Assembly (NCBI GenBank): GCA_025350665.1
Contig: JANXXJ010000131.1
Span: 7,262 to 71,261 of the forward strand
Direction of reading: 5' to 3'
Length of the DNA: 64,000 nucleotides
From: Gemmatimonadota bacterium
Lineage (GTDB): Bacteria > Gemmatimonadota > Gemmatimonadetes > Gemmatimonadales > GWC2-71-9
The position numbers and the translations under genes are program-made. Below, piece after piece: positions 53,716 to 63,229 of this stretch. Within the stretch, counting starts at the first letter, position 1. Every line of letters starts with the position of its first letter. The notes below the pieces were generated by a model, which was given only the letters and a program-made list of their open reading frames with translations, was not told the DNA's origin and did not search any database.

Positions 53716-55821
53716 GTGCAGAACGTTCTCGCGGCTTTGGGCCGGATTGCCATGCTGGCCACCGCCTGGTTCACGACCCTGTCCGCGCAGGGGGCCGAGC
53801 CGAAGAGGGGCCGCCCCGAGGTGATCCGGACTGCGTACGGCGTTCCTCATGTCTACGCTGATGATTTCTGGCAGGCCGGCTACGGCCTGGCCTGGGTGGA
53901 GCTCGAGGACTATGGCGCCCGGGTAGCGATCGCCCTGGTGGATGGACGAGGCGAGCGGGGTCTCGTCTTTGGACACGACAGCATCGAGGCGGATTTTGGC
54001 GGCCGGCAGACGAACGCCCGCGCCCGGGCGATGTGGCCCCAGTTGAGCCCGGCGACGCGCGACATGTACCAGGGATTCGCCGCGGCGGTCAATGACTACA
54101 TCGCGGGCCACCGTCAGGAATTCGTCCCGACGATCCGGACCGGCTTCAATGGCTGGGACGTCCTCGCGAACGAAATCCCGACCGCCAACGTCCGCGCGGC
54201 CGCCAGGCTGCTCGAACGCCGGCGGCCCGAGCCGGCCACCAGCCATTCCTCCGAGGATGGCTCCAACGCCTGGGCCCTCGCGCCAAGCCGGACCAAAGCC
54301 GGCCACGCGATTTTGCTCCGGAATCCCCACCTCGACTGGGACGCCGGTTACTACGAGGCGCACCTCGTCGTTCGGGACCAGCTCGATTTCTACGGAGATT
54401 TTCGGATCGGTGGCGCCTTTGCTGTCGTGGGCGGTTTCAACCACGACCTGGGCTGGGCCACGACCAACAACGCCGTCGATACGGACGAACTCTACCAGAT
54501 TCCACTCGCCAAGGGTCGGAATGATCGCATCGTCCTCGACGGGCGATCGATCGCGCTGACTCGACGCCGGGTGACCGTTCCGTTCCGGACCAGGACCGGC
54601 GTGAGCCAGGAGACCCGGGAGTTCTGGTCGTCACCGTTCGGCCCGGTCGTTGATCGACGCCATGGCCGGGCCTTTGTCCTCAAAGCCGCGGGAGCAGGAG
54701 AGTATCGCGGTGGCGAACAATTCCTCCGAATGATGCGGGCCCGGTCGTTTGCGGAATGGGAAAGCGCCATGAAGCTCCGGGCCCGCATCACCTCGAACCT
54801 GACCTACGCCGATCGGGCCGGGAACATCTTCTACGTCTGGAACGGTGCCTTACCGGCGCTCCCGCATCCTCCCGGTCGCGATTCAACCATCATCCAGGTG
54901 CGATCCGAACGCGACATGTGGCAACACCTGGTCCCCTGGGATTCACTGCCCCAGATCAGGAACCCGCCCGGCGGATACCTCCACAACGAGAACGACTCCC
55001 CCCACTTTGCCTCGCTCGAGGCTCCGCTCGATCCGGCTCGGCTCCCTGCCAACGTGGAAGCGCCAAGCCTGGGGTTGCGGGGCCAGCATGCGCTCGACCT
55101 GATCGGCCATGCCGAGGATCGCTTCTCCCTGGAGGACGTGGTCCGCCTCAAGCACAGCTATCGGATGCTGTTGGCCGAGAGGATCCTGCCGGACCTCCTG
55201 GCAGCCTCGATCCATCACCTGCCGGCCCCGCCTGAGGATGCGATGCTGACCCTGCGGAACTGGGACCGGACCTCGGCGCCGAATTCACGCGGTGGCGTCC
55301 TGTTCGAGACCTGGTGGCGGCTGTATCAGGCCAACGTCCAGCAACCGTTCGCCACACCCTGGTCGATCCGACTCCCGACCACCACGCCCTCGGGCCTCGC
55401 GAATCCGGGCGAAGCGGTGAACCTGATTCGAGTCGCGGCCGACTCGGTGCGGCACAGATTCAGCCGAATCGATGTCTCGTGGGGAGAAGCCCACCGGATC
55501 CGGATTGGGACGAGGGACATGCCGGTCGGTGGCTGCCGCGGTGACCTCGGGTGTTTCCGGGTTCTCTGGTACCGGGACGAGGCCGACGGCAAGCTGGCGG
55601 CTCAGGGTGGCGATGGCTGGATACTGGCGGTCGAATTCGGCGACGTGCCCAGGGCCTATTCTGTCCTGGCCTATGGAGAGAGCAGCCGGCCCGACTCTCC
55701 CTGGTTCGGGGACCAGGCCAAGCGGTTTGCCGAAGGAGACCTGAAGTCGGTCCCCCTCGACCGGGCAACGGTGGAGCAACAGGCGGTTCGTCGGTACCAC
55801 CCCGGAGCGAAGAGCCAATGA
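53716..55821 (+). CDS. penicillin acylase family Ntn-hydrolase (penicillin/AHL acylase-like)
   Basis: 701 aa with a GTG start and a signal peptide. Has ..IRTAYGVPHVYADD... and the autoprocessing/nucleophile site ..EDGSNAWALAPSRT..G.AILLRNPHL.W. Confidence 0.85.
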   Translation: MQNVLAALGRIAMLATAWFTTLSAQGAEPKRGRPEVIRTAYGVPHVYADDFWQAGYGLAWVELEDYGARVAIALVDGRGERGLVFGHDSIEADFGGRQTNARARAMWPQLSPATRDMYQGFAAAVNDYIAGHRQEFVPTIRTGFNGWDVLANEIPTANVRAAARLLERRRPEPATSHSSEDGSNAWALAPSRTKAGHAILLRNPHLDWDAGYYEAHLVVRDQLDFYGDFRIGGAFAVVGGFNHDLGWATTNNAVDTDELYQIPLAKGRNDRIVLDGRSIALTRRRVTVPFRTRTGVSQETREFWSSPFGPVVDRRHGRAFVLKAAGAGEYRGGEQFLRMMRARSFAEWESAMKLRARITSNLTYADRAGNIFYVWNGALPALPHPPGRDSTIIQVRSERDMWQHLVPWDSLPQIRNPPGGYLHNENDSPHFASLEAPLDPARLPANVEAPSLGLRGQHALDLIGHAEDRFSLEDVVRLKHSYRMLLAERILPDLLAASIHHLPAPPEDAMLTLRNWDRTSAPNSRGGVLFETWWRLYQANVQQPFATPWSIRLPTTTPSGLANPGEAVNLIRVAADSVRHRFSRIDVSWGEAHRIRIGTRDMPVGGCRGDLGCFRVLWYRDEADGKLAAQGGDGWILAVEFGDVPRAYSVLAYGESSRPDSPWFGDQAKRFAEGDLKSVPLDRATVEQQAVRRYHPGAKSQ

Positions 55822-57872
55822 AAGCGGTCGGGTTCGCCTCAATCGCCCTCCTGGCCCGGGGCACCGGATGCAGTGGGCCCATTCCCGCCCCGACCTCGGC
55901 GCCCGTCCGCTTGCTTCCGCTGCAGACCTTGCTCGCCCCGGCCACCAATCTGGCACCCGCGATCAGCCCCGACGGGCGCTGGATCAGCTTCCTCCGCCCG
56001 GTGGATGGGGCCATGAACCTGTTCGTCGCGCCGGCCGAATCGATCGGGGCGGCGCGTCCGATCACCAATCGGCGCGGGCGGGGGCTCCAGCCGTTCGACG
56101 TGAGCGGCAACGTTCTCTATCGGTGGACGCACGACAGCCGCAGAATCGTCTTTCCGCAGGACAACAATGGCGACGAGAAGTGGAACCTCCACGTCGTGGA
56201 CATTGCGACCGGGAATGAGCGCAATCTCACCCCGCTGCCTGGCGTCGAGGTCACCTTTCTCGCCTTCTCGGAATCGGATCCGAATCAGGCCGCGGTGGCG
56301 GTCAAGGACCGAAGCCCGTACTTCCCTGATCTGTACCGTCTGGACCTCACGACCGGCGATCGGACCCTGATTCTCCGCAACGACAAGATGGTCGCCGTGC
56401 TGCCGGATCATGAACTGAGACCCCGGGTCGGCATCGCGATTGCCGCCGACGGCACCCTCGATCTCTATCGCCCGACCGGCGACAGTGGTTGGGCCATGTT
56501 GTGGGACATCGGACCCGACGACGTGGCGGCACTGAACGCCACCAGCTACCAACGGGCCTGGGAGTTCGATCGCGAGAACCGTCATCTGATCATGTACGAC
56601 ACCGAGGGACGCGACCTGACCGCGCTGGTCACCGTCGACCTCGAGTCGGGGCGGCGTGCGGTGATCGCGGAGAACCCGGAAAGCGATCTGGCGGGGGTCC
56701 TCTATCACCCGACCACCCATCAGCTGCAGGCGTACGCTACGATGTGGACCCGGACGATCTGGCATCCACTCGACCCGTCCGTCGGGTCGGATTTCGCCCG
56801 CCTCGCCAAGGTCGCGGATGGCGACGTCAAGGTTCTGGGCCGTTCCGACGATCTGACGCGGTGGATCGTGGAATACACCCTCTCGGACGCGCCGATCGCC
56901 TATTACCTCTACGAAAGAACCACCGGGCGGACGACCCGCTTGTTTACCGGAACCCCGGCGCTCGAAGGCCTGAAGCTCTCGAAGTTGCACCCGTTCGAAA
57001 TCCGGACGCCCGACGGACTCCGTTTCGTGTCGTATTACCTGCTCCCGCCCTGGTCGGACCCGGATGGCGATGGTCGGCCCGATCGGCCGCAGCCGACCGT
57101 CGTCCTGGTCCACGGGGGTCCCAGCGACGAGCGAGCGCAGTGGGCCTACGGTCCGTTCGTGCACTGGCTCGCCAACCGTGGCTACGCCATCCTCTACGTG
57201 AACTACCGAGGCTCCCCCGGTTTCGGAAAGAGGTTCATCAACGCCCAGAACCTGGAATGGGGCGGCCGGATGCATGCCGATGTCCTCCAGCAGGTCGACT
57301 GGGCGATCGAGAAGGGCATTGCCGCGCCGGGCCGGGTCGCTCTCATTGGCGGGAGCTATGGCGGGTACGAAACCCTGGTGGGGATGACCATGACGCCCGA
57401 CCGGTTTGCCTGCGGGGTCGACCTGGTCGGGCCGTCGAACCTCGAGCGGTTCATGCCCCATTGGAATGTGGATCGGATGTCGAAAGTGGTCGGTGATCCC
57501 CGCACGGCCGAGGGACGCGCGCTGCTGCGGTCGCGGTCGCCGATCAATTTTGCGGCCCAGACCAGACATCCGGTGCTGATCGGTCAGGGCGCCAACGACG
57601 CCAGGGTACCGAAATACCAGTCCGATACCGTCGTCGCGGCGATGCAAGGTGCCGGTGTGCCGGTGATCTACGCCGTCTATCCTGACGAAGGCCACGGCCT
57701 GCTCCGCCCCGCCAACAGCTTTTCCTTCTGGGCCATGGGAGAACAATTCCTCGCCCGCTGCCTGGGCGGCCGGGCGGCGCCGTTCGGCGATGCACTGGCC
57801 GGATCCAGCGTGCGAATCGAAGCGGGCGCCGATTACATCCCCGGCCTGACCGAAGCACTCAAGGCCCGCTGA
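55818..57872 (+). CDS. S9 family serine peptidase (prolyl oligopeptidase family) with beta-propeller
   Basis: Internal ATG 55818 (ATGA overlap). Has a lipoprotein-like signal (..LLARGTGC), SPDG propeller blades, and catalytic ALIGGSYGGYETL with ...DEGHG. Confidence 0.85.
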   Translation: MKAVGFASIALLARGTGCSGPIPAPTSAPVRLLPLQTLLAPATNLAPAISPDGRWISFLRPVDGAMNLFVAPAESIGAARPITNRRGRGLQPFDVSGNVLYRWTHDSRRIVFPQDNNGDEKWNLHVVDIATGNERNLTPLPGVEVTFLAFSESDPNQAAVAVKDRSPYFPDLYRLDLTTGDRTLILRNDKMVAVLPDHELRPRVGIAIAADGTLDLYRPTGDSGWAMLWDIGPDDVAALNATSYQRAWEFDRENRHLIMYDTEGRDLTALVTVDLESGRRAVIAENPESDLAGVLYHPTTHQLQAYATMWTRTIWHPLDPSVGSDFARLAKVADGDVKVLGRSDDLTRWIVEYTLSDAPIAYYLYERTTGRTTRLFTGTPALEGLKLSKLHPFEIRTPDGLRFVSYYLLPPWSDPDGDGRPDRPQPTVVLVHGGPSDERAQWAYGPFVHWLANRGYAILYVNYRGSPGFGKRFINAQNLEWGGRMHADVLQQVDWAIEKGIAAPGRVALIGGSYGGYETLVGMTMTPDRFACGVDLVGPSNLERFMPHWNVDRMSKVVGDPRTAEGRALLRSRSPINFAAQTRHPVLIGQGANDARVPKYQSDTVVAAMQGAGVPVIYAVYPDEGHGLLRPANSFSFWAMGEQFLARCLGGRAAPFGDALAGSSVRIEAGADYIPGLTEALKAR

Positions 57873-57892
57873 CCTACCCGAAAGGATTCCCG

Positions 57893-59536
57893 ATGGAACG
57901 CCGACAATTTGTCACGGCAATGAGTGGCGCCGCCGCGATTGGCCTCGGCCTGAGGCAGCCGACCCTGGTGCTCCTGAACGGCAACATCGTCACCATGGAC
58001 CCGGCCCATCCCCGGGCTCAGGCGGTGGCCATCTGGGAGGGTCGCTTTCTCGCGGTGGGAACCAACACCGATGTCATTCGGCTCGCCGGACCCCTCACCC
58101 GCCGCATTGACCTGGCCCACCGAACCGTGGTCCCGGGCTTTATCGACGCGCACTCCCATCCAGCCAGCTCGGGCCTCATGCACCTGACCCAGATCGACTG
58201 TGACCTCCGGTCGATCGAGGCGATTCAGGCCGCGGTCAGGGAGCGCGCGGCTCGAACGCCCCTGGGCGAATGGGTCCTGGGGTTCAAGTACGACGACACC
58301 AAAACGAAAGAGGGCCGAGCCCTCCTCAAGGCCGACCTCGACCAGGCCGCACCGAACCATCCCGTGCTGATCGCCCATCGGGGCGGCCATACGGCCTACG
58401 GCAATTCCCTGGCGTTTGCCAAGGCTGGCCTGACCGCGGCAACGCCCGACCCCAAGGGCGGGAAGATCGACCGCGACGGGTCCGGCGGTCCCGCCGGCCG
58501 CCTGGCAGAGACCGCGGTCGACCTGGTCCAGCGACTCGTCCCGGTTCGGGAAACCGCAGCCGATCGCCAGGAGGGGGTGAAGATCATCTCGCGGATGCTG
58601 GCGAAGACCGGGATCACGTCCGTGCACGACGCGAGCGCATCGGTGGCCGATTTCACGGCCTACCAGGATGCCAGGGCCGCCGGCGACCTCGGCACCCGGG
58701 TGTACTCCCTCATCTTCGCGGCCGAGATCGATCAGATCATCTCGGCCGGCATGCGGCAGGGCATGGGGGATGAATGGGTTCGCTTCGGTGGCATGAAGGC
58801 GATCTGCGACGGATCGATCTCGGAGCGGACGGCCCGGCTGTCGCAGGCCTACATCGGCCGCCCGAACGATTTTGGCATCATCGTCACCCAGCCCGAAGAG
58901 CTCTGGCCCCAACTGGAGAAGGCGCACCGCGCCGGGCTCCAGATCGGCGTGCATGCCAACGGCGATGTGGGCATCGGCATCGTCGTCGGGCTCTATGAGC
59001 GGCTCCAGCAGGAGCACCCCCGCAAAGATCCCCGGTTCCGGCTCGAACATTGTACCGTCATCAACGACGATCTGGTTCGCCGCATCAAAGCCCTCGGCGC
59101 GATCCCGACCCCGTTCTCCACCTACGTGTACTGGCATGGCGAGAAGATGCGGGAGTATGGCGCCGACCGGCTCGAGCGAATGTTCGCGCTCCGAACGTTC
59201 CTCGATGCCGGGATCCGGGCCACGTTCGCGTCCGATTATCCGCCCGGGCCGTTTGAACCGATGATGGGCCTCCAGTCCATGGTCACCCGGACCGACATGA
59301 AGGGTACGACCTGGGGCGGAAGCCAGCGGATCACCATCGACGAGGCGATTCGGGTAGCGACGCTACACGGCGCGTACGCCTCCTACGAAGAGCGTGACAA
59401 AGGATCGATCGAAGTCGGCAAACTTGCCGATCTGGTGGTCCTGGGAAGAGATCCCTATCGGGAACCGCCCGCGACCCTGGTGTCGATTCCGATCGAACGA
59501 ACGATGGTTGGGGGCGGTTGGGTATACGAGTGTTGA
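57893..59536 (+). CDS. amidohydrolase family protein (YtcJ-like metal-dependent hydrolase), TAT signal
   Basis: 547 aa. Has MERRQFVTAMSGAAAIGLG, ...VVPGFIDAHSHP..., ...HANGD... and ..FASDYP... Confidence 0.85.
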   Translation: MERRQFVTAMSGAAAIGLGLRQPTLVLLNGNIVTMDPAHPRAQAVAIWEGRFLAVGTNTDVIRLAGPLTRRIDLAHRTVVPGFIDAHSHPASSGLMHLTQIDCDLRSIEAIQAAVRERAARTPLGEWVLGFKYDDTKTKEGRALLKADLDQAAPNHPVLIAHRGGHTAYGNSLAFAKAGLTAATPDPKGGKIDRDGSGGPAGRLAETAVDLVQRLVPVRETAADRQEGVKIISRMLAKTGITSVHDASASVADFTAYQDARAAGDLGTRVYSLIFAAEIDQIISAGMRQGMGDEWVRFGGMKAICDGSISERTARLSQAYIGRPNDFGIIVTQPEELWPQLEKAHRAGLQIGVHANGDVGIGIVVGLYERLQQEHPRKDPRFRLEHCTVINDDLVRRIKALGAIPTPFSTYVYWHGEKMREYGADRLERMFALRTFLDAGIRATFASDYPPGPFEPMMGLQSMVTRTDMKGTTWGGSQRITIDEAIRVATLHGAYASYEERDKGSIEVGKLADLVVLGRDPYREPPATLVSIPIERTMVGGGWVYEC

Positions 59537-59599
59537 AGCGGAGGAAGGAGGCCAGCCGCCCAGTGGAGAGCGACTGGCCCGGTGTGGAAGGTCGGTAGG

Positions 59600-60004
59600 T
59601 CAGCCCTGCTTGAGCTTGGCGATCGTTTCCTGATTGAGGCGACCGGTCGGCTTGAGGTTGTTCTGTTTCTGGTACTCGGTCAACGCGGCCTTGAGGTCCT
59701 TGTTGAGGCGGCCGCTCACGGCACCCTTGTAGAGCCCCTTGGCGGTCAGCGCCTTCTGGGCATCCTTGATCTGATCGACGGTGGCCGTCGTGCCGTCAGC
59801 GCGCCGCGGGGCAGCTGCGGTCGCCGGCTTCGGAGCAGCTGCTGCCGCAGCCGCCGCTGGGGCAACTTTCTTTTGCTCCGGCTTGGCCACCGCTACGGCC
59901 GCTTTGGGTTTTTCCTGAACCGGCGGCTTGGCCGGCGTCGCCTGGGCCAGCAGGCTCGACGCCGCCAGCACCGACAAGAATGAGCTCACGAAGATTTTTG
60001 CCAC
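59600..60004 (-). CDS. secreted protein with C-terminal peptidoglycan-binding-like (PG_binding_1) domain
   Basis: Trimmed to GTG 60004 (GGGGAGGGAACT-GTG). The signal is AKIFVSSFLSVLAASSLLAQA, followed by an A/P/K-rich linker. The C-terminus AQKALTAKGLYKGAVSGRLNKDLKAALTEYQKQNNLKPTGRLNQETIAKL matches the PG-binding repeat pattern. Confidence 0.65.
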   Translation of the reverse strand: MAKIFVSSFLSVLAASSLLAQATPAKPPVQEKPKAAVAVAKPEQKKVAPAAAAAAAAPKPATAAAPRRADGTTATVDQIKDAQKALTAKGLYKGAVSGRLNKDLKAALTEYQKQNNLKPTGRLNQETIAKLKQG

Positions 60005-60194
60005 AGTTCCCTCCCCGATCAGTGTCTTGGACCATCGACTCCGAAGCACAGGAAGCAAGCCGGGGACCAGACGTACGATGCCGACGGCGAGGTCGGCATC
60101 TGATTGGGCCAGAATCACTTGGGTGAAGGGACCGGAATTCCGGTCTGGCGACCGGGACGCTGAACTGGACAGACTGTCCGGACAGTGCCGTCCG

Positions 60195-61595
60195 TTAGGC
60201 CAGACCGGCCGGCGGAGGACTCGCCGCGATCCGCCACCGCTGAAGCATTCTGGTGAGCGTCCGACGGGAGATCTTGAGGACCTGAGACGCCTGGTCACGA
60301 TTGCCGGCGCAGGCGGCCAGCACGGCGAGCACGTGCTGCCGCTCGACTTGCGCGAGCGGAACCATCGGAACCGCCTGACCGCCGGCCGCGACAGTCTCCG
60401 ATCCGGACTGATCGGCGGCTCGGAATTCCGCGCTCAGGTGCTCGGGCCCGATGACGTCCTGGGCCGCGAGCACCAGCGCCCGCTCGAGCACATTGAGCAA
60501 CTGCCGCACGTTGCCGGGCCAGTCGAACTCGAGGAGCATCGCCTCGGCATCCTCGTCCAGAGCCACCGGACCCCGCCCGTGCTTGACCGCCAGGACCCTC
60601 AGGAAGTGATCGATCAGCAATGGGATGTCCTGCCGCCTCGCCCTGAGCGGAGGCAGGGTGATCGAAATGACGTTCAGCCGGTAATAGAGATCCTCGCGGA
60701 ACCGGCCGAGGCGAACCAGCGCGGCCAGGTCCTGATGGGTGGCAGCGATCACCCGCACATCCACCGGAACCACCGTGTCGGATCCAACCGGCTGCACCTC
60801 GCGTTCCTGGAGCGTGCGGAGCAGCTTGGCCTGGAGCGCGGCCGAAATATCGCCAATTTCGTCGAGGAACACGGTTCCCCGGTCCGCCTCGCGGAACAGG
60901 CCTGGCCTGGCCGTGACCGCCCCGGTGAATGCACCACGCACGTGGCCGAAGAGTTCGCTTTCGAGAATTCCTTCCGCCAGGGCCGAACAGTTCACTCCGA
61001 CGAATCGGCCCCGGCTTCGCTCGGAAAAACGGTGCAGGGTTCGAGCGACCAGTTCCTTGCCGGTCCCCGTCTCGCCAAGGATGAGCACCGACGCCTGCGA
61101 CGGCGCGACTCGCGCCACCGTCTTCATGACGTCGATGATCGCCGGACTGCGGCCGACGAGGAGGTCGGTTTCGGCCGGACCGACATCCGCTGATGGTTTG
61201 ATCGGATCGGACGCCAGCCGACGACGCGACAGGGCCCGGGCGAGCATCTGGCGAAACTCGACCAGGTTGTACGGTTTGCTGATGAAGTCGTAGGCACCGG
61301 CCCGGATGGCCTCGCCCGCCGCCGCGGCCTCGCCGAACGCCGTCAGGACGATCACGATCGTGTCCGGCGAACGGTCCCGCACCACCCGCAGCAGGTCGAG
61401 GCCCGATGCTCCGGGCATTCGGAGATCGGTCAGCACGAGGTCGAAGGCACCGTGCTCCGCCATCTGTTTGAGGGCGTGAGGCACGGACGTCGCGGTCACC
61501 ACCTGATACCGCTCGCGTTCGAGTACTTCAGCGAGCAGCGCGACCGCTGCTTCATCGTCATCGACCAGCAGAACCTGGGGGCGGCGATCGGTCAT
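60195..61595 (-). CDS. sigma54-dependent response regulator (NtrC/Fis family enhancer-binding protein)
   Basis: Trimmed to ATG 61595 (466 aa). Receiver is VLLVDDDE..LVLTDLRMPG..KPY. AAA+ motifs are GETGTGKELVAR, GAFTGA (GAFTGA loop) and FLDEIG. A C-terminal HTH is present. The start overlaps the HK stop (ATGA). Confidence 0.9.
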   Translation of the reverse strand: MTDRRPQVLLVDDDEAAVALLAEVLERERYQVVTATSVPHALKQMAEHGAFDLVLTDLRMPGASGLDLLRVVRDRSPDTIVIVLTAFGEAAAAGEAIRAGAYDFISKPYNLVEFRQMLARALSRRRLASDPIKPSADVGPAETDLLVGRSPAIIDVMKTVARVAPSQASVLILGETGTGKELVARTLHRFSERSRGRFVGVNCSALAEGILESELFGHVRGAFTGAVTARPGLFREADRGTVFLDEIGDISAALQAKLLRTLQEREVQPVGSDTVVPVDVRVIAATHQDLAALVRLGRFREDLYYRLNVISITLPPLRARRQDIPLLIDHFLRVLAVKHGRGPVALDEDAEAMLLEFDWPGNVRQLLNVLERALVLAAQDVIGPEHLSAEFRAADQSGSETVAAGGQAVPMVPLAQVERQHVLAVLAACAGNRDQASQVLKISRRTLTRMLQRWRIAASPPPAGLA

Positions 61596-63028
61596 GCGGA
61601 AGCCCTCGGCGGTACGGCAGCCAGCAGGAGGCGCCAGGTGGTCCCGAGCTCGGTCGGCACGAGTTCCAGATCGCCCCCCATCGCCCGGGCGAGGCGTCGG
61701 CTGATCACCAGGCCAAGGCCCGTGCCGGCAACACCCTTGGTGCTGTTGAACGGCTGGAAGAGACCGGCCCGGGCATCGACCGAAAGGCCGGGCCCATTGT
61801 CGGCGATGTCGATCCAGCTGATTGCCTCCGACCGACCTACTGCCACGCGAACCATCCCGCCCCGCGGCATTGCCTCGGTCGCGTTCTTGAAGAGATTGAC
61901 GAGGATCTGTTCCAGGATGCTCGTATCGCAGAGAGCGTGATGGGGAGACGCCCCGTTCGGAGTGTCCAGCCCGATCCCGACGTTCGCCTCGCGGAAAGTC
62001 GGCTCCATGAACGCCGCCACGCTCCGAACCTCGGCGGACAGGTCGGTCGGCTCGAGTTTGAGGTCCATCCACCGACCGCGAGCCTGATTGGCCCGGACAA
62101 TGGCACTCAGGCGATCGACCTGCTTCAAGACCGCTTCGACCCGGTTGACGGACCCGGCGGTTGCGCCGACCGATGTCAGGTCTTCACGCAGCAACTGGAG
62201 GTGCCCGTTCACCGTGCTGAGGGGCGTCCCCACCTCGTGCGCGAACTCCGCGGCCGCCTGTTCGGCGAGGGCCAGGTGCTCGAGTCCCCGGGTTCGCTCC
62301 TCGAGCGCCATCTCCCGCTGCCGGGCTCGCAGCGTGTCCTCGAGTTCCTGATAGCGCTCAGCCACTCGCTGGAGCTCCGACGATCCGGTCGCCACGATAA
62401 CCCGGGGAACCGGACCCAGGCCATGACGACGGGTTTCCTCCATCGCTGCCTCCAGGGCCTTCAGCGGATCGCCAACCCAGCGCCGCACCAGAATCCCGAT
62501 ACCGAGGGCGAGCGCGCCAGCGGCGAAGACCCCGAACAGGTACGCCCGCCGCCGCTCAGCCCGCGCTTGATTGTCCAGCGTTCGGGTCGACACGGAGATG
62601 CTCAGGATGGAATGGCTCCCGACCGGCGTGGCCACCCGCCAGCTCGGTATGGGATCATCGACGCGCCAGACCTCGGTCTGTTTGGTGAAGAAGGCCGTGC
62701 TGTCATGGAGGCCGGCCGTGAGAATGAGCGAATCACTGCTGGCGAGCCGAAGAAATTTACTCCCCGATCGGGAGAACAACGTGGCCGAGGTGGAGGTCAG
62801 GTGTCTGGTTGGCCAGGAGCCGAGCAGTTGCGCCGCGGTCGTTGGATCGGTCGGCGCTTCGGCGCGACCGAGGTACGCCCCCCAGGCCTCCGCCAATGCC
62901 TCCGACTCCAGGCGCAGGTCGTTGAGCCGCGAGGACCGGGTCCACCAGAGCGTCAGCTCGGTGGTGCCGAGCACCAGGACGATCGCCATCGCCGCCGCCA
63001 ACGCCGCGAGCCGCTGCGCCAGGGTCAC
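61592..63028 (-). CDS. membrane sensor histidine kinase (NtrB/AtoS-like partner of the sigma54 regulator)
   Basis: 478 aa with a GTG start and two TM helices flanking a periplasmic domain. The H-box is EFAHEVGTPLSTVNGHLQLL. ATPase boxes are LFKNATEA, IADNGPGL and GTGLGLVISRRLA. Confidence 0.85.
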   Translation of the reverse strand: MTLAQRLAALAAAMAIVLVLGTTELTLWWTRSSRLNDLRLESEALAEAWGAYLGRAEAPTDPTTAAQLLGSWPTRHLTSTSATLFSRSGSKFLRLASSDSLILTAGLHDSTAFFTKQTEVWRVDDPIPSWRVATPVGSHSILSISVSTRTLDNQARAERRRAYLFGVFAAGALALGIGILVRRWVGDPLKALEAAMEETRRHGLGPVPRVIVATGSSELQRVAERYQELEDTLRARQREMALEERTRGLEHLALAEQAAAEFAHEVGTPLSTVNGHLQLLREDLTSVGATAGSVNRVEAVLKQVDRLSAIVRANQARGRWMDLKLEPTDLSAEVRSVAAFMEPTFREANVGIGLDTPNGASPHHALCDTSILEQILVNLFKNATEAMPRGGMVRVAVGRSEAISWIDIADNGPGLSVDARAGLFQPFNSTKGVAGTGLGLVISRRLARAMGGDLELVPTELGTTWRLLLAAVPPRASA

Positions 63029-63081
63029 ACTTTCCCACCCTTCGATGCCATCGAATCGAATCTAGTCCGTCCGACAGTCAA

Positions 63082-63097
63082 TGGCATAAGTGGTGCC
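63082..63097 (+). promoter_or_regulatory. candidate sigma54 (-24/-12) promoter TGGCAT-N5-GTGCC
   Basis: GG (63083-84) and GC (63095-96) sit at the canonical 12-nt register. About 9 of 12 consensus positions of TGGCAC-N5-TTGCA match. It is oriented toward the HAD gene, 133 nt upstream of ATG 63230. Confidence 0.3.
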
Positions 63098-63229
63098 GCC
63101 ATCAGAGGGTCAGGAACGACCCGGCTGACAGGTAAGTGGCCGACAGCAAACGACTTTAGATTTGGAACCGGACGCTCGCGGTCGCGACACAATGTCCGCG
63201 AAGGACAGGTTGTCGCCAAAGGGGGTACG

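Noticed and set aside
55839-59137. Minus-strand ORFs of 635 aa (55839..57746) and 434 aa (57833..59137).
   Set aside because: They are antisense to the S9 peptidase and amidohydrolase genes, which carry clear catalytic motifs.
60010-60075. A sigma54 -24/-12 promoter for the peptidoglycan-binding-domain gene downstream of the NtrC-like regulator.
   Set aside because: I scanned the minus strand for GG-N10-GC in the TGGCAC-N5-TTGC register. The candidates (TGGTCC..ACTGA, GGCTTGC..TGTGC) have the wrong spacing or miss the GC.
61937-63229. N-terminal 431 aa of the 655-aa plus-strand ORF 61937..63904.
   Set aside because: It is antisense to the sensor kinase. HAD motif I appears right after the internal ATG at 63230, which has its own RBS.
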